Below are positions 10,410-19,835 of a stretch of 64,000 nucleotides of DNA, piece after piece. Below the pieces are notes generated by a model, which worked only from the letters and a program-made list of their open reading frames with translations, made no database searches and was not told where the DNA came from. This DNA is from a virus. Location: the IMG/VR virus record IMGVR_UViG_3300035701_000001; one strand, given 5' to 3'. The translations under genes were made by a program, and so were the position numbers. Numbering within the stretch: position 1 is the stretch's first letter; the number at the start of each line of letters is the position of its first letter.

Positions 10410-11068
10410 TGGACTTCTCCGGAAATCACCTTCTGGAGGAGTTCGAACTCGGGTTTCCAGATGTCTTCCCTGGCAGAGAGGGCGAACCGCTTGTCCTGGA
10501 GGATCTTTACGAGCTTTTTCACATTCGGTAGAAGCTCTTCGAAATGGCTTTTCTTCTTGGTGAGTTCTTCGAAGGCTTGCAGAGCGAACCCCTCGTATCT
10601 CTCCATCTCTCGTACGAGCCGTGCAGAGGTATTCTTTTGTTCATACCCTTCTTCGTCTACCGCGTAGAGGGATCCGTTCTTCACGTGGAGAAGAACATTC
10701 CGGTACGCGTAAAGCCAGGGGGGGCGGAGAATCAGGGAACCTGTTTCGAGTGCGAACTGGAGTCGGTCGGGTCGGAAGTCGATTTCCACGTCGTCCTTGC
10801 CGATGCGGTTCGGGAAAATACCTTCGAGGATCGCCTGGGCGACCTTGCGGTTCTGGACGAAGGCCAGCATGAGTTCGATGGCCCAGTCCGGATCTCCTGA
10901 GTACTGGTTCATCGCCATGCGGAACACGCCTGCCGAGTTGCACCACTGGGTGCTGATGAAGTGCAGGGTACAGGGTTCTTGGAAAGAAGGCATGGGGTGA
11001 GCCGGATGTTGGGACTCTCCATCACTTGCTGTTGCAAGGGTCAGGGTGGTGAGGGCCAACAGGGTCAT
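10406..11068 (-). CDS. hypothetical protein with signal peptide
   Basis: MTLLALTTLTLATASD leader; 4-nt overlap with the next gene. Confidence 0.7.
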   Translation of the reverse strand: MTLLALTTLTLATASDGESQHPAHPMPSFQEPCTLHFISTQWCNSAGVFRMAMNQYSGDPDWAIELMLAFVQNRKVAQAILEGIFPNRIGKDDVEIDFRPDRLQFALETGSLILRPPWLYAYRNVLLHVKNGSLYAVDEEGYEQKNTSARLVREMERYEGFALQAFEELTKKKSHFEELLPNVKKLVKILQDKRFALSAREDIWKPEFELLQKVISGEVQ

Positions 11069-11194
11069 CCGGGCTCCTGGATGGGGATCTCCTATCCTGG
11101 TCCAGGACCATCTGCCGGGTTCAAAGCCCTGGAAGATTTGACCGGGTCCAAAGATCCGGATTCTTTGGCGGTATGGATCGGGTTAGGGAGTTCC

Positions 11195-11884
11195 ATGATC
11201 TTCGAGATTGCCCTTGCCACGCTTCTCGCTTCGCTCGGTGCGGACATTTTCGTGTTCGAGGACAATCCGGCCCTTCCGATAGCTTTGCTCATTGGAGAAT
11301 GGGAGTCCTATTTCCGAACGCGGTTTCCGGATCCGAAGAAGTGGCATGCGCTGTTGTTACAGATGGCTCGATGGGTAACCGAGTCCGAAACCCTGGAAGA
11401 CCTGAAACATCGGCTGGAGAAATTTCACGAGGTCCAGGTCCCCATCAACCATGTGCGGCAGGAGTTCATCTTGAAGCGGAAGCTCAAGGAGAACAGTCTT
11501 CCACATCCTCATGAGGAGGCGTACCTCTACCCGGCTTCCGAGCAGATCCTTTTCAAGATATTGTCTTCCTCATTGGAGGAACGGAAAAATCATGCTCCCA
11601 TCACGCGTTACGCCCTGGATATTCCGGTATTTGATTCGGCGGTACGGAATGGATCTCGCCCTGCCGTCATTGTGACAGACCATCGCCGAAACACGTATAG
11701 TCTGGATTGGGGTTCCTCTGTCGATTTATATTCCTGGATGCAGTTTCGTTCCTACGATACGACCATCATCTGGTCCTGGGACAAGGACCGGATTCTCATC
11801 GAGGACGAAGAAGTTCATTATCCGGAGATTCGATTCTTGATTTTGAAGCGTCTGCCTGTGGATCCCAGCGTGTTCAAGTCGTGA
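11195..11884 (+). CDS. hypothetical protein with hydrophobic N-terminus
   Basis: AGGGAG RBS before the ATG of MIFEIALATLLASLGAD. Confidence 0.65.
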   Translation: MIFEIALATLLASLGADIFVFEDNPALPIALLIGEWESYFRTRFPDPKKWHALLLQMARWVTESETLEDLKHRLEKFHEVQVPINHVRQEFILKRKLKENSLPHPHEEAYLYPASEQILFKILSSSLEERKNHAPITRYALDIPVFDSAVRNGSRPAVIVTDHRRNTYSLDWGSSVDLYSWMQFRSYDTTIIWSWDKDRILIEDEEVHYPEIRFLILKRLPVDPSVFKS

Positions 11885-11896
11885 GCTTCTGTGCAA

Positions 11897-12577
11897 TCAG
11901 GCGGTCTTTTTCTGTTCAGAAGCTTCTTTTTTCCCATAGCCACGATCCATCTTCCATCGCTTCAAGCGCCACAGGAGGCGGTCCCAGGCGTTCGCACACA
12001 GAAGCTTATTGAAGACCGCACGGGTCCGCAGGACATCCACGAGGGCCCCATGGGCATTCTCGTTCGGTATCCCGAGCGTCTTGCACGTGGAGGCAAGGGA
12101 AGGAGACTTTTGGATACCGGGAACGAGAAGGTGTTCCCAGATGAGGGTTGCCGTATCCAGGCAATAGATCTTCGGAACCTCGACTCCGTGTTCCCGTAGG
12201 GTAGCCACCAGGAAGGAGTAGTCGAACGGGATGTTGTGGCCGCAGAGGCGTTTGCCGTCGATGATCTTCACGATCTCGGGGAGCCAATGGGACATGGGCT
12301 TCGCGTTTTCCCAGTCGTGCTCGTTGTACCCATTGATCTTCAGGGCTTCTGCTTCCGCGCAGCCGGGGCGGGAGGGCTTGATGCGCCGCCAGTAGATGTC
12401 GAGCCCCTTCAGGTAGGGATCGTAGAGGGCAGGGGCCATCGGCAGTTCGGGGTGGGCGTTGAAAGTCGGGGGAGCATCGGGGTGCGTAGGTCTTGCAAAA
12501 CAAAACTCGATGATCTCGTGCTTGCCCGTGGAGCAGTCGAGTCCGGTGGTTTCGCAGTCGAAGAAAATCTCATTCAT
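11897..12577 (-). CDS. DEDDh 3'-5' exonuclease (DnaQ/epsilon-like)
   Basis: IFFDCETTG (ExoI), GHNIPFD (ExoII), HGALVD (ExoIII). Confidence 0.9.
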   Translation of the reverse strand: MNEIFFDCETTGLDCSTGKHEIIEFCFARPTHPDAPPTFNAHPELPMAPALYDPYLKGLDIYWRRIKPSRPGCAEAEALKINGYNEHDWENAKPMSHWLPEIVKIIDGKRLCGHNIPFDYSFLVATLREHGVEVPKIYCLDTATLIWEHLLVPGIQKSPSLASTCKTLGIPNENAHGALVDVLRTRAVFNKLLCANAWDRLLWRLKRWKMDRGYGKKEASEQKKTA

Positions 12578-12987
12578 GGCAGGGATTCCTTTTTTTCGTC
12601 CTGGAGCGAGGTGGCACGGTGCCATTGGTCGACCTGGTGGCGTTGTTCCAGGATCCAGACGCAGCAGAGGACTTCCAGGCTTTCGATGGGGAACAGTCGT
12701 CCTTCCAGTTCTTCATCCCGGTAGGCCTTTCCATATCCTTCATCGGGTTTCAGGTAGAGAGAGCCGTGACTCTGTCGTTTCACGGTTCCGAGCCGGGGAG
12801 GTTCCGGGGGAAGGTAGACGAGAACCCGTTGGGGATCTCGAATCCGCAGGCACAGGAGTGCCGGGACATATTGGACGGCTAGCGTTTGCAAGAGCCGTTC
12901 GATGCTGACCTCCTTGGCTTTGTCGATCACGATGGATGTGACGCGGATTCCTTCCCGACGAACGCTCCAGGTCTCGGGTGGCATCAA
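12574..12987 (-). CDS. hypothetical protein
   Basis: 137 aa; stop overlaps the exonuclease start. Confidence 0.6.
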   Translation of the reverse strand: MMPPETWSVRREGIRVTSIVIDKAKEVSIERLLQTLAVQYVPALLCLRIRDPQRVLVYLPPEPPRLGTVKRQSHGSLYLKPDEGYGKAYRDEELEGRLFPIESLEVLCCVWILEQRHQVDQWHRATSLQDEKKESLP

Positions 12988-13109
12988 GCTATTCCCCGGC
13001 GATCAGAATGTCAATTGTTTTGGCCAATTCGTTTGACGAAACCGTGGGATTCGGCGAATGCGAATTTCACGGTTAGGTTCCTCCTACGGTCCACTGGGGG
13101 AACGGTAAC

Positions 13110-13310
13110 ATGGCCAAGGATCGAACGACGCTGACCACGGTATTTCTTCTTGCCGCGAGCGCGGGTCTTGTCTATGCGGCCTACGAGTCGGGCCGTGCGT
13201 CCCAGGCGATCTCGGATGCCAAGGCCATCGTGCGTCGGAACTCGGGCCGACCGTTGGACGAGGAACCGCCTCTGGACGAGGAACCCGAGTCTCCTGTTGT
13301 CCATGGATAG
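13110..13310 (+). CDS. small membrane-anchored protein
   Basis: VFLLAASAGLVYAAY hydrophobic helix with an acidic tail. Confidence 0.6.
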   Translation: MAKDRTTLTTVFLLAASAGLVYAAYESGRASQAISDAKAIVRRNSGRPLDEEPPLDEEPESPVVHG

Positions 13311-13316
13311 GTTTTG

Positions 13317-13345
13317 TTGACACATCGGGTGTCGTCTGCTACTCC
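13317..13345 (+). promoter_or_regulatory. sigma70-like promoter with partial palindromic operator
   Basis: TTGACA-17nt-TACTCC; TGACACATCGGGTGTCG. Confidence 0.5.
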
Positions 13346-13371
13346 TCGGAGGACAGCCGAGGAGGAAGTTC

Positions 13372-13572
13372 GTGCCGACCCGAGTGGAAACCGTGGTGTG
13401 TGCGTGTGGACAGAGCTATCGGAGTAAGCTGAGGAGAGGCAAGACCACTGCTTGTTGTCCTCAGTGCGGACGGTTCAACCAGATCGTCCGACGTCCCGAT
13501 GGAAGAGGGGTTGTCGAAACCCTGGAATGCAAGAAGTCGAGCCCAAAGCTCGAAGTGAATGAGAGGCGGTGA
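13372..13572 (+). CDS. small zinc-ribbon protein
   Basis: CACG...CCPQCG and a further Cys. Confidence 0.6.
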   Translation: MPTRVETVVCACGQSYRSKLRRGKTTACCPQCGRFNQIVRRPDGRGVVETLECKKSSPKLEVNERR

Positions 13573-13895
13573 TGATGGAGTCCTTTTCATCGGTTTTCCG
13601 CGAGATTCAAGGTCGTATCGCGGAGAAAGGACTCGGGTCCTTGAAGGGGATCTACCGTTTCGAAATCGGATCAGAGGTTTACCGTCTCGCACCCAAGGAA
13701 GGAGGGGGCCATACCCTGGGAAAGGATCCGGGGGGACCTGTGGACTGTACCATCTGCATGTCCCCCTCTGACTTCGTCTACCTGATCCGGAGTCCGAACC
13801 ACGTCGTGAACATGTTCTTGCAGGGCCAGATCCAGATTACGAACACTCCGAAGGCTTTGGAGTTGGGATGGGCTCTGCAGAAGCTTGCCCGGTAG
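13569..13895 (+). CDS. SCP2 (sterol carrier protein 2)-like lipid-binding domain protein
   Basis: YRFEI...DCTICMSPSDFVYL...MFLQGQIQITN...ALEL matches the SCP2 consensus DCTITMS.EDF..L...AFMQGKLKI.G. Confidence 0.65.
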   Translation: MMMESFSSVFREIQGRIAEKGLGSLKGIYRFEIGSEVYRLAPKEGGGHTLGKDPGGPVDCTICMSPSDFVYLIRSPNHVVNMFLQGQIQITNTPKALELGWALQKLAR

Positions 13896-14467
13896 TTCTC
13901 GGAATCGGAGCCGATCCGGGTCGTCACGGAGGGGTGGCACTGGTCGAGCGCAGGGTGGGCCTGCGTCCGCTTCTACATGCAGTCTGGGAACTCAAAGGGG
14001 AGGGAAGAATCTGGTTTCGTCGTTGCAAGGTCGTCCATGAAAACCTGGTTTTCCAATGTAGATCCCTGGGGGTTCATCCCGAGTCCTTGCTCTATTATGT
14101 CGAACGGCCTCCCCCTGTCTCTCGTAAAGGTACGCTCAAAGGTGACAAACGGGGGCAACAGACCTGGTATGGGATGGGTCGGTACACGGGCAAGATCGAG
14201 GCGGTCTGGTCGCTCCTCTCGGGAGGAGAGGTCGTTCTCCTTGATCAGGCAAAATGGACGTCCTGCTTGCATCCCCATGTCCGTGGCCACAAGGTGGGGG
14301 GAGGAGTCCATCGCGTCACCGAAGCCTTGTTTCTAGTCGAAGGCGTGGACCATGGAATGTCCGAGGTCTCTTCCGGTTGCCGAATTGACTGTGCCGAGGC
14401 CATCCTGCTCGCAGTGGTCGCCGCGAACCATGCATCATTGCAAGTTGACACAACATGTGGCGGGTGA
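13868..14467 (+). CDS. RuvC-like Holliday junction resolvase (phage type)
   Basis: GADPGRHGGVA (D), YYVERP (E), W....V, DCAEAILLA (D/E) pattern. Confidence 0.7.
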   Translation: MGSAEACPVVLGIGADPGRHGGVALVERRVGLRPLLHAVWELKGEGRIWFRRCKVVHENLVFQCRSLGVHPESLLYYVERPPPVSRKGTLKGDKRGQQTWYGMGRYTGKIEAVWSLLSGGEVVLLDQAKWTSCLHPHVRGHKVGGGVHRVTEALFLVEGVDHGMSEVSSGCRIDCAEAILLAVVAANHASLQVDTTCGG

Positions 14468-14473
14468 TAACCT
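14445..14473 (+). promoter_or_regulatory. sigma70-like promoter with partial operator
   Basis: TTGACA-17nt-TAACCT upstream of the ATG at 14490. Confidence 0.55.
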
Positions 14474-14489
14474 GCCTGCGGAGTTCGAG

Positions 14490-14726
14490 ATGCCCAAACC
14501 CTCTTCCGAAGAACGTGCCCGAGCCCAAATCCTGCAGCGCATCCTCGTTGACCTGGTCGCATTGGTTGACTGGGAGGATATGAAGGAGAACCTCCTGTCA
14601 ATGGGAGAGGATCCCGACGAGATCGTTGCGGCCGTGGCCTGGCTCGCGGAAGAGGCGGGGGAAGAACCCGTTTTCGAGATCGGGGCTCTTTCCGAGGAGG
14701 AGGTCGACGATCCCACCGAGTTTTAA
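14490..14726 (+). CDS. small acidic hypothetical protein
   Basis: GGAG RBS, promoter upstream. Confidence 0.6.
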   Translation: MPKPSSEERARAQILQRILVDLVALVDWEDMKENLLSMGEDPDEIVAAVAWLAEEAGEEPVFEIGALSEEEVDDPTEF

Positions 14727-14905
14727 CCACGCACCGTACCGTCGGATGGGAGGGTGCGCTCCGAAACATCCGACTTGACCTGGAAGGAGGAGGGCTATCC
14801 TCTGTTTGGAGGGGACCGGGGGGTTGGGAAGCCTTCCGGTCGCGTGATTTTGAGATGACCCGCTGGGTGGAAAACCACCTGGCGGGTTTCTCGTGAGGGA
14901 GAATC

Positions 14906-15484
14906 ATGGCGGTCACGGCCATCCTGTTCTGGAATGGTTCTATCCATCCCAAGGATTTCACGGGGAAGATCGAGATCATTCCCGTGAATGTCCGCAGGGC
15001 CGTTCTTCGGTGTCTTCAAAAAGGGCAACCCTGTGCTGTCTACGGGGAACCGTACCGTTGCCTGATCTGTGGAAGTCGACTGGGAAATCACGATTTGACT
15101 GATGGGGAGTTTTTGTGGCCGGAACAAGCGGGACACTACCTCGAAGCCCATGGCATCTGGACCCCGGATTGTTCGATGTTCGTACGGTCTCTCGTGAAGA
15201 AGTTCCAGCAGAAGAAAACCCCTCCTGTCGAGTCCAAGAAACCCATGGGGCGTATCGAGACCTGTCGGTATGCGGCCATCGAGACGTTCGGTCAGATCTC
15301 TCGGGTATTGCAGCAGTTGTCCCTTGCCTCCCAGGAGATGATTCCCGTTGTGCTCGACCGTTCCGGTACCGAGGTGCCGGTGGGAGTACTCATCCGGTAC
15401 CGGGAGGGAAAACCCGTGCTCGTCCTGCTTGCCCAGGATGAGGTGCACAACGCTCCACCCCGCAAAGGCGGAATGGAGCGGTAG
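14906..15484 (+). CDS. hypothetical protein with a possible metal-binding motif
   Basis: YRCLICG...WPEQAGHYLEAH; GGGAG RBS. Confidence 0.7.
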   Translation: MAVTAILFWNGSIHPKDFTGKIEIIPVNVRRAVLRCLQKGQPCAVYGEPYRCLICGSRLGNHDLTDGEFLWPEQAGHYLEAHGIWTPDCSMFVRSLVKKFQQKKTPPVESKKPMGRIETCRYAAIETFGQISRVLQQLSLASQEMIPVVLDRSGTEVPVGVLIRYREGKPVLVLLAQDEVHNAPPRKGGMER

Positions 15485-15492
15485 AACGTGCA

Positions 15493-16836
15493 TCAGAGAA
15501 GCAGAGCGGTTCCTGCAAGCAGCGTGGCGATCCAGGCCTCGTTGTCGTGGGGAGCTTGCTGAAAATCACGCAGGATCAGCCGGTTGGTCCGTGCGTAGGA
15601 TTGCACCCCGAGGGCCTGTCCATTTTCCAGTTCGAACCAGCAGACGATGTTTGCCTCCGGACCGGGCCATGCGGTAAAACCGGGGAAGGGTGGATTGGGA
15701 TATTGGTTTGACTCGAAAATGTCTCTCTGGTCGTGCTGGGGGATCATCCAGTGGATTCGGTGGATGGCGACGTTTTTGTGTCGTCGTGCGGTCTTTCTGG
15801 CGTCCTTCTGCCACTTCTTCTCTTCCGCGTGGGGTCCGGTGAAGTGCAAGACGGGGTCTTGCTCGATGAGGAAGAGGGATTCATCGAAGGGAACCCTTGG
15901 TTCTTTTCCGGAGATCTGTCTTTTGCAATTGGTGGGTTCCTGGTCGAATAGACTGCCGACTGTGAGTAGGGGAGAGTGCTTCTTGTCGATTCGATCCATG
16001 ATCTCCAGGAGATTTTTTCCCCGGAGTTGCTTCTCTGTCGTTTTCGGTATCGTGTAATTGTAGTACGGATGCTGTACCTGTACCGTTTCTGGATACCAGG
16101 CCACGAATCCGGCAGGGGTCTTGTAGATCCGGATGTCGGGACGATTGCTTTTCCAGGCCCTGCGGACGAGGAGAGGAGCGACAGGGTGTGAATGCTTTTC
16201 GTCGGAGAGTGAGAAGAGATCGCTCGGAACGCATCGATCCCAGGGCTGGTATCCAGTCATCCCATCGATCATCGGCGCGAGGTCGAGGAAGTAGGCTTCG
16301 CGGTTCACAGAGCCATCCGAGTGCAGTCGGATGGAACTCTTACCAGGAGCGAAGGGGATCCAGGGGAAGAAGCTCTGGTAGTAGTAGCCACCTCCCCATG
16401 GACTGGGGGGTGAGTATTCCCGGTTTCTGATGGCGATTCTCAGGGTTTCGTACTGTGCACGGGGAAGATGGATTTCCAGGACGTTGGCCGGTTTTCCGAT
16501 GATTTCTTCGACGGGGGAATTCCACCACTCGTGTCTGCGGACACGTTTGTAGACCTCCCGGCGCAAGAGGCTGACGCACGCACGGGTGAACTCCTCGATG
16601 CGGTTCACGGTCATGCGGGTCGCGAATCCACAGTGATCGACCTGGATCGTTCCATCGGGATACCAGGTCGCGACATTGGAATGGTAGTATTCGAGGTGGA
16701 TTTCTCCCTTGTTGTTCTTCCAGATCTCTGTATTTGTCCGGTTGGGGACGCGACGTTTTTCCTTCCCGGCCAGAAATTCGAGGGCGTCCGCATAGGACCA
16801 GTTCCGAGGAGAATGGGAGACGGCAAAGGCGATCAT
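15493..16836 (-). CDS. hypothetical phage protein
   Basis: 447-aa ORF with GGAG-like RBS, divergent from the promoter at 16882. Confidence 0.75.
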   Translation of the reverse strand: MIAFAVSHSPRNWSYADALEFLAGKEKRRVPNRTNTEIWKNNKGEIHLEYYHSNVATWYPDGTIQVDHCGFATRMTVNRIEEFTRACVSLLRREVYKRVRRHEWWNSPVEEIIGKPANVLEIHLPRAQYETLRIAIRNREYSPPSPWGGGYYYQSFFPWIPFAPGKSSIRLHSDGSVNREAYFLDLAPMIDGMTGYQPWDRCVPSDLFSLSDEKHSHPVAPLLVRRAWKSNRPDIRIYKTPAGFVAWYPETVQVQHPYYNYTIPKTTEKQLRGKNLLEIMDRIDKKHSPLLTVGSLFDQEPTNCKRQISGKEPRVPFDESLFLIEQDPVLHFTGPHAEEKKWQKDARKTARRHKNVAIHRIHWMIPQHDQRDIFESNQYPNPPFPGFTAWPGPEANIVCWFELENGQALGVQSYARTNRLILRDFQQAPHDNEAWIATLLAGTALLL

Positions 16837-16881
16837 GGAGTCCTCTCTCTTCCTGCTTATCCCAGAAGGGGATTGACTGGG

Positions 16882-16910
16882 TTGACACAAGTTGTGTCAT
16901 GTGGTATGTT
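16882..16910 (+). promoter_or_regulatory. sigma70-like promoter overlapping a perfect inverted repeat TGACACA-N3-TGTGTCA
   Basis: TTGACA-17nt-TATGTT with extended TG; GGAGGA RBS follows. Confidence 0.8.
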
Positions 16911-16929
16911 GGCTGCCCTGGGAGGACAC

Positions 16930-18969
16930 ATGAGCGCATTGGACCATCCGATCAAGTTCAAGGAGTTACAGCGAAAACTACGGGAGGCCGGGTGGTTCAA
17001 GGACCGGATGAACGGAACCCACGAGACCTGGAAAGAGCCGGGGGGGCACGTGGTCGTCATCACGTTCACGAACGGGGATGCGGATCGCTCGGCGGTGAAA
17101 GATGTGAATCGAGCGATTCGAACCTGGACTCCCGAGGGAGCGAATCTCCAAGATGCGGTCGAAGCAAAGGGGCAGTCCCTCGGCGTCGAGTTTGAATACC
17201 TCTATCTACCGCAGCGAACGGTCGTTGTTTCGCAGGACCGTGTGCTCGACGTGCTTTTGGCGAATCCAGATCTCTGGTCGAAGAATCAGGAGGAGGCCAG
17301 AGAATTGGCCCTCGTCGAGCATTCAGAGATTTCTTTGTGTCTCTACCGAGCGTGCCTCTGGACTCCGAGCCAGGAGACACGCATCGAATTTTTGCAGGAA
17401 GTCGAGGGGTCCAAGCCGTCTTGGGTCGAGATCTACTCCGGATACTCCCTGTCCTTCTATCGTGGAATGTCTCGAACGATCCAGGTGAAGCAGACGAGGG
17501 CCGTTGTGCAGCCAAGGGATGAGGAGGTGACTCTCGGGAAGTTTCATTGGAGGATCGGGTTCGCCCGAAGCGAGGGGGGTCTGTTCTACCCGGTGGACGA
17601 GCGAGAGGGAACCCATCGCGACATCCTCAGACTCCTGAACGAGTGGAGCACCCAGCGAGAGCGTTGTCTTCCTCCTTCTCTTCTAAGTCTGGAGGGGTTG
17701 TACACTCCGCTGTATGCCTGGCCGTTGAAACCGGACGGTGTCTGGACGTACGTGGCCGATCACGACGATTCCCAAATCTGGAAGGGAGATCGAAAAGCTG
17801 TGCAACTGGAGAAAGACATGATTCCCTGTGAAGTTTTTCCCGGTTTCAATCCTGTTGAACCTTCTCCTTCTGAGCCCGAGACGGACTCGTCCATTCCCCC
17901 TGTGGAGTTCGGGGTCGAGAACACGGATGAGGAGGCCGGGTATCCTGGTCCTCAGCGTCATGGTCCCGTGACGTTTTACAAGGACAGACCGGATTCAAAG
18001 GGTCGACATGTCTGGGTTGCCCGTCTCATCCTCGTGAATGCGAAGGGAAAAAAGGTGATCAGGACCCATCGGGTTCCTGGGAAGAAGAAGGAGGAACTGG
18101 AGCCCATCGCACGGGCGATGTGCGAGGAGTTCTCGGTTCCCTTCGACTCGGCCAGGAGTCTGGAGAATCCTCCGTATGAGAGTCCGGTTCTTCCGAAACG
18201 GGAGGACCCCTCTGAAGCCGTTGAGAAAAAGCCTTCGAAACCCGTGCTGTACAACCTCGTTTTTGACAAGGTACTGGCTCTCTGTGACAAGCAGGGGGCA
18301 GAGGGTCTCTTCCATTACCGTGTTCGAAATCGTGACAACAAGGATCGGAAGTGGGTTTTTTCTGGGTGGTTCATCCCCGAAGGGGTCATTCAGGCCGTAG
18401 AGGAGAAGGGGTTCACGTTCCTCGGGTATCGTCGTTGTGACGAGCGCGGTAGGAAGTTGTTGCCGAACCTGCCTGGCTATGAACCGAAATCGTTGTCTTT
18501 CGAGGGCCGGGAAGTTCCGGAAGCCTTGGCTCCTTCGACCTCTCTCCAGGCTCCTCAGACTTCCCTCTCTCCTTCTTCTGTTCAGGAGTCGATTCATGTG
18601 TCCATTCCGTCTTCTGAGATTCTTTCCCATGAGAAATCGGAACCCGAAGAGGGACCCATGGATGATCCTGTTCAGAAGCTGTTGTCCCGTGCTTCTGCTC
18701 TGGCAATCCGGTTGAGCACGCCCGAGGTCCGATTCCTGATCGGAGAGGTCACAGCCGAGGAGGTTCTGCATCGTGCACTCCTGGGGATAGGAGCCCAGTT
18801 GAGCGAGCCATATGTCTCCTCTGCTCTTCCCTGGCTTGACCATGCGACCCTGTTGGCCAACCGGCTGTCCACTCCCGAGGTGAAGCTCCTCCAAGGGGAT
18901 GTGACTGCCGAGGAAGTCGTTGAACTTGCGCTGGGTCGCTTGGAGACTTCCCTGGGGATGTCGAGTTGA
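16930..18969 (+). CDS. multidomain protein with N-terminal HicA/YcfA-like domain
   Basis: IKFKELQRKLREAGW..DRMNGTHETWKEPGG.VVVI matches the HicA dsRBD-like pattern with G-x-H; duplicated RLSTPEV..L.G.VTAEEV motif at the C-terminus. Confidence 0.65.
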   Translation: MSALDHPIKFKELQRKLREAGWFKDRMNGTHETWKEPGGHVVVITFTNGDADRSAVKDVNRAIRTWTPEGANLQDAVEAKGQSLGVEFEYLYLPQRTVVVSQDRVLDVLLANPDLWSKNQEEARELALVEHSEISLCLYRACLWTPSQETRIEFLQEVEGSKPSWVEIYSGYSLSFYRGMSRTIQVKQTRAVVQPRDEEVTLGKFHWRIGFARSEGGLFYPVDEREGTHRDILRLLNEWSTQRERCLPPSLLSLEGLYTPLYAWPLKPDGVWTYVADHDDSQIWKGDRKAVQLEKDMIPCEVFPGFNPVEPSPSEPETDSSIPPVEFGVENTDEEAGYPGPQRHGPVTFYKDRPDSKGRHVWVARLILVNAKGKKVIRTHRVPGKKKEELEPIARAMCEEFSVPFDSARSLENPPYESPVLPKREDPSEAVEKKPSKPVLYNLVFDKVLALCDKQGAEGLFHYRVRNRDNKDRKWVFSGWFIPEGVIQAVEEKGFTFLGYRRCDERGRKLLPNLPGYEPKSLSFEGREVPEALAPSTSLQAPQTSLSPSSVQESIHVSIPSSEILSHEKSEPEEGPMDDPVQKLLSRASALAIRLSTPEVRFLIGEVTAEEVLHRALLGIGAQLSEPYVSSALPWLDHATLLANRLSTPEVKLLQGDVTAEEVVELALGRLETSLGMSS

Positions 18970-18994
18970 CACTCTTTGTGTCAACCGCTATGGT
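18966..18994 (+). promoter_or_regulatory. sigma70-like promoter with perfect inverted repeat GTTGACAC-N5-GTGTCAAC
   Basis: TTGACA-17nt-TATGGT upstream of the thyX-containing operon. Confidence 0.8.
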
Positions 18995-19017
18995 TTCGGA
19001 AGTCGGGGGTCAGAGTC

Positions 19018-19269
19018 ATGTGGACGAATGCAGAGATTCACTATGCGACGAACCTTTGCTTGAAAAATCTCCTGGAGCGCCTGGCCAAAGACACTCCGGT
19101 TGCGACCGGAGAACCGGTTCGTCTCCAGGTGACTCTGGAAGGGAATGAGGTCGAGATCTGTGCGACCTGTACGACTTCCGAAGGCAAGAGCACCCGGAAA
19201 GGTCGTGCAAAGTCGTTCACGCTCGCCATGGAAGAGATCATCCGGTCCGACTGGACAAAGGAGTCGTGA
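19018..19269 (+). CDS. hypothetical protein
   Basis: First ORF after the promoter; overlaps the next start. Confidence 0.65.
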   Translation: MWTNAEIHYATNLCLKNLLERLAKDTPVATGEPVRLQVTLEGNEVEICATCTTSEGKSTRKGRAKSFTLAMEEIIRSDWTKES

Positions 19270-19835
19270 TGTCTCGCAAGAAGAAGGAAGAGGTCGTCGA
19301 AGTCGAGCCGGTGGCCGAGTCCGTGGCCGAGCCAGTGATCGAGCCTGTGGCCGGACCGGTGACCGAACCCATGACCGAGCCCATGGTCGATCCGGACCTC
19401 GATCCAACGCTGGATGAAGCATCCGTTCCCAGTGGACTTTTCACTCAGAGTCTCATCGAGTCGATCCCCACCCAGTTCTTCGACACGCCCCAGTTCATCA
19501 TGGGCTGCTTCCCGCTGGAAGCCTTCTGGATCGGTCGGATGAAGCGCCGGATCGCGAAGAAGATCATCAAGAACCACATGACTCGCCCCGGCTCCTATTC
19601 CAAACGCCAGATCTTCTCGGCTTACGCAACGGCATACCGGGACCTCAACCGGCTCAAGATTCACACGTACCAGGCACTCACCGACCAGGAACGCCAGGAG
19701 ATCAAGAACAAGCGCATGCTGCAGTCGGCGGGGATCTCGATGGCAGGGCTCTACTTGATGTTTCGGGAAAGAAAGCTCGATCTCGATCTTTCCCCGGAGG
19801 TGCCCCAGGAGATCCCCAAGGGGAACAATCCATGA
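19269..19835 (+). CDS. hypothetical protein with EP(V/M)(A/T) low-complexity repeats
   Basis: EPVAESVAEPVIEPVAGPVTEPMTEPM segment; translational coupling on both sides. Confidence 0.7.
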   Translation: MSRKKKEEVVEVEPVAESVAEPVIEPVAGPVTEPMTEPMVDPDLDPTLDEASVPSGLFTQSLIESIPTQFFDTPQFIMGCFPLEAFWIGRMKRRIAKKIIKNHMTRPGSYSKRQIFSAYATAYRDLNRLKIHTYQALTDQERQEIKNKRMLQSAGISMAGLYLMFRERKLDLDLSPEVPQEIPKGNNP

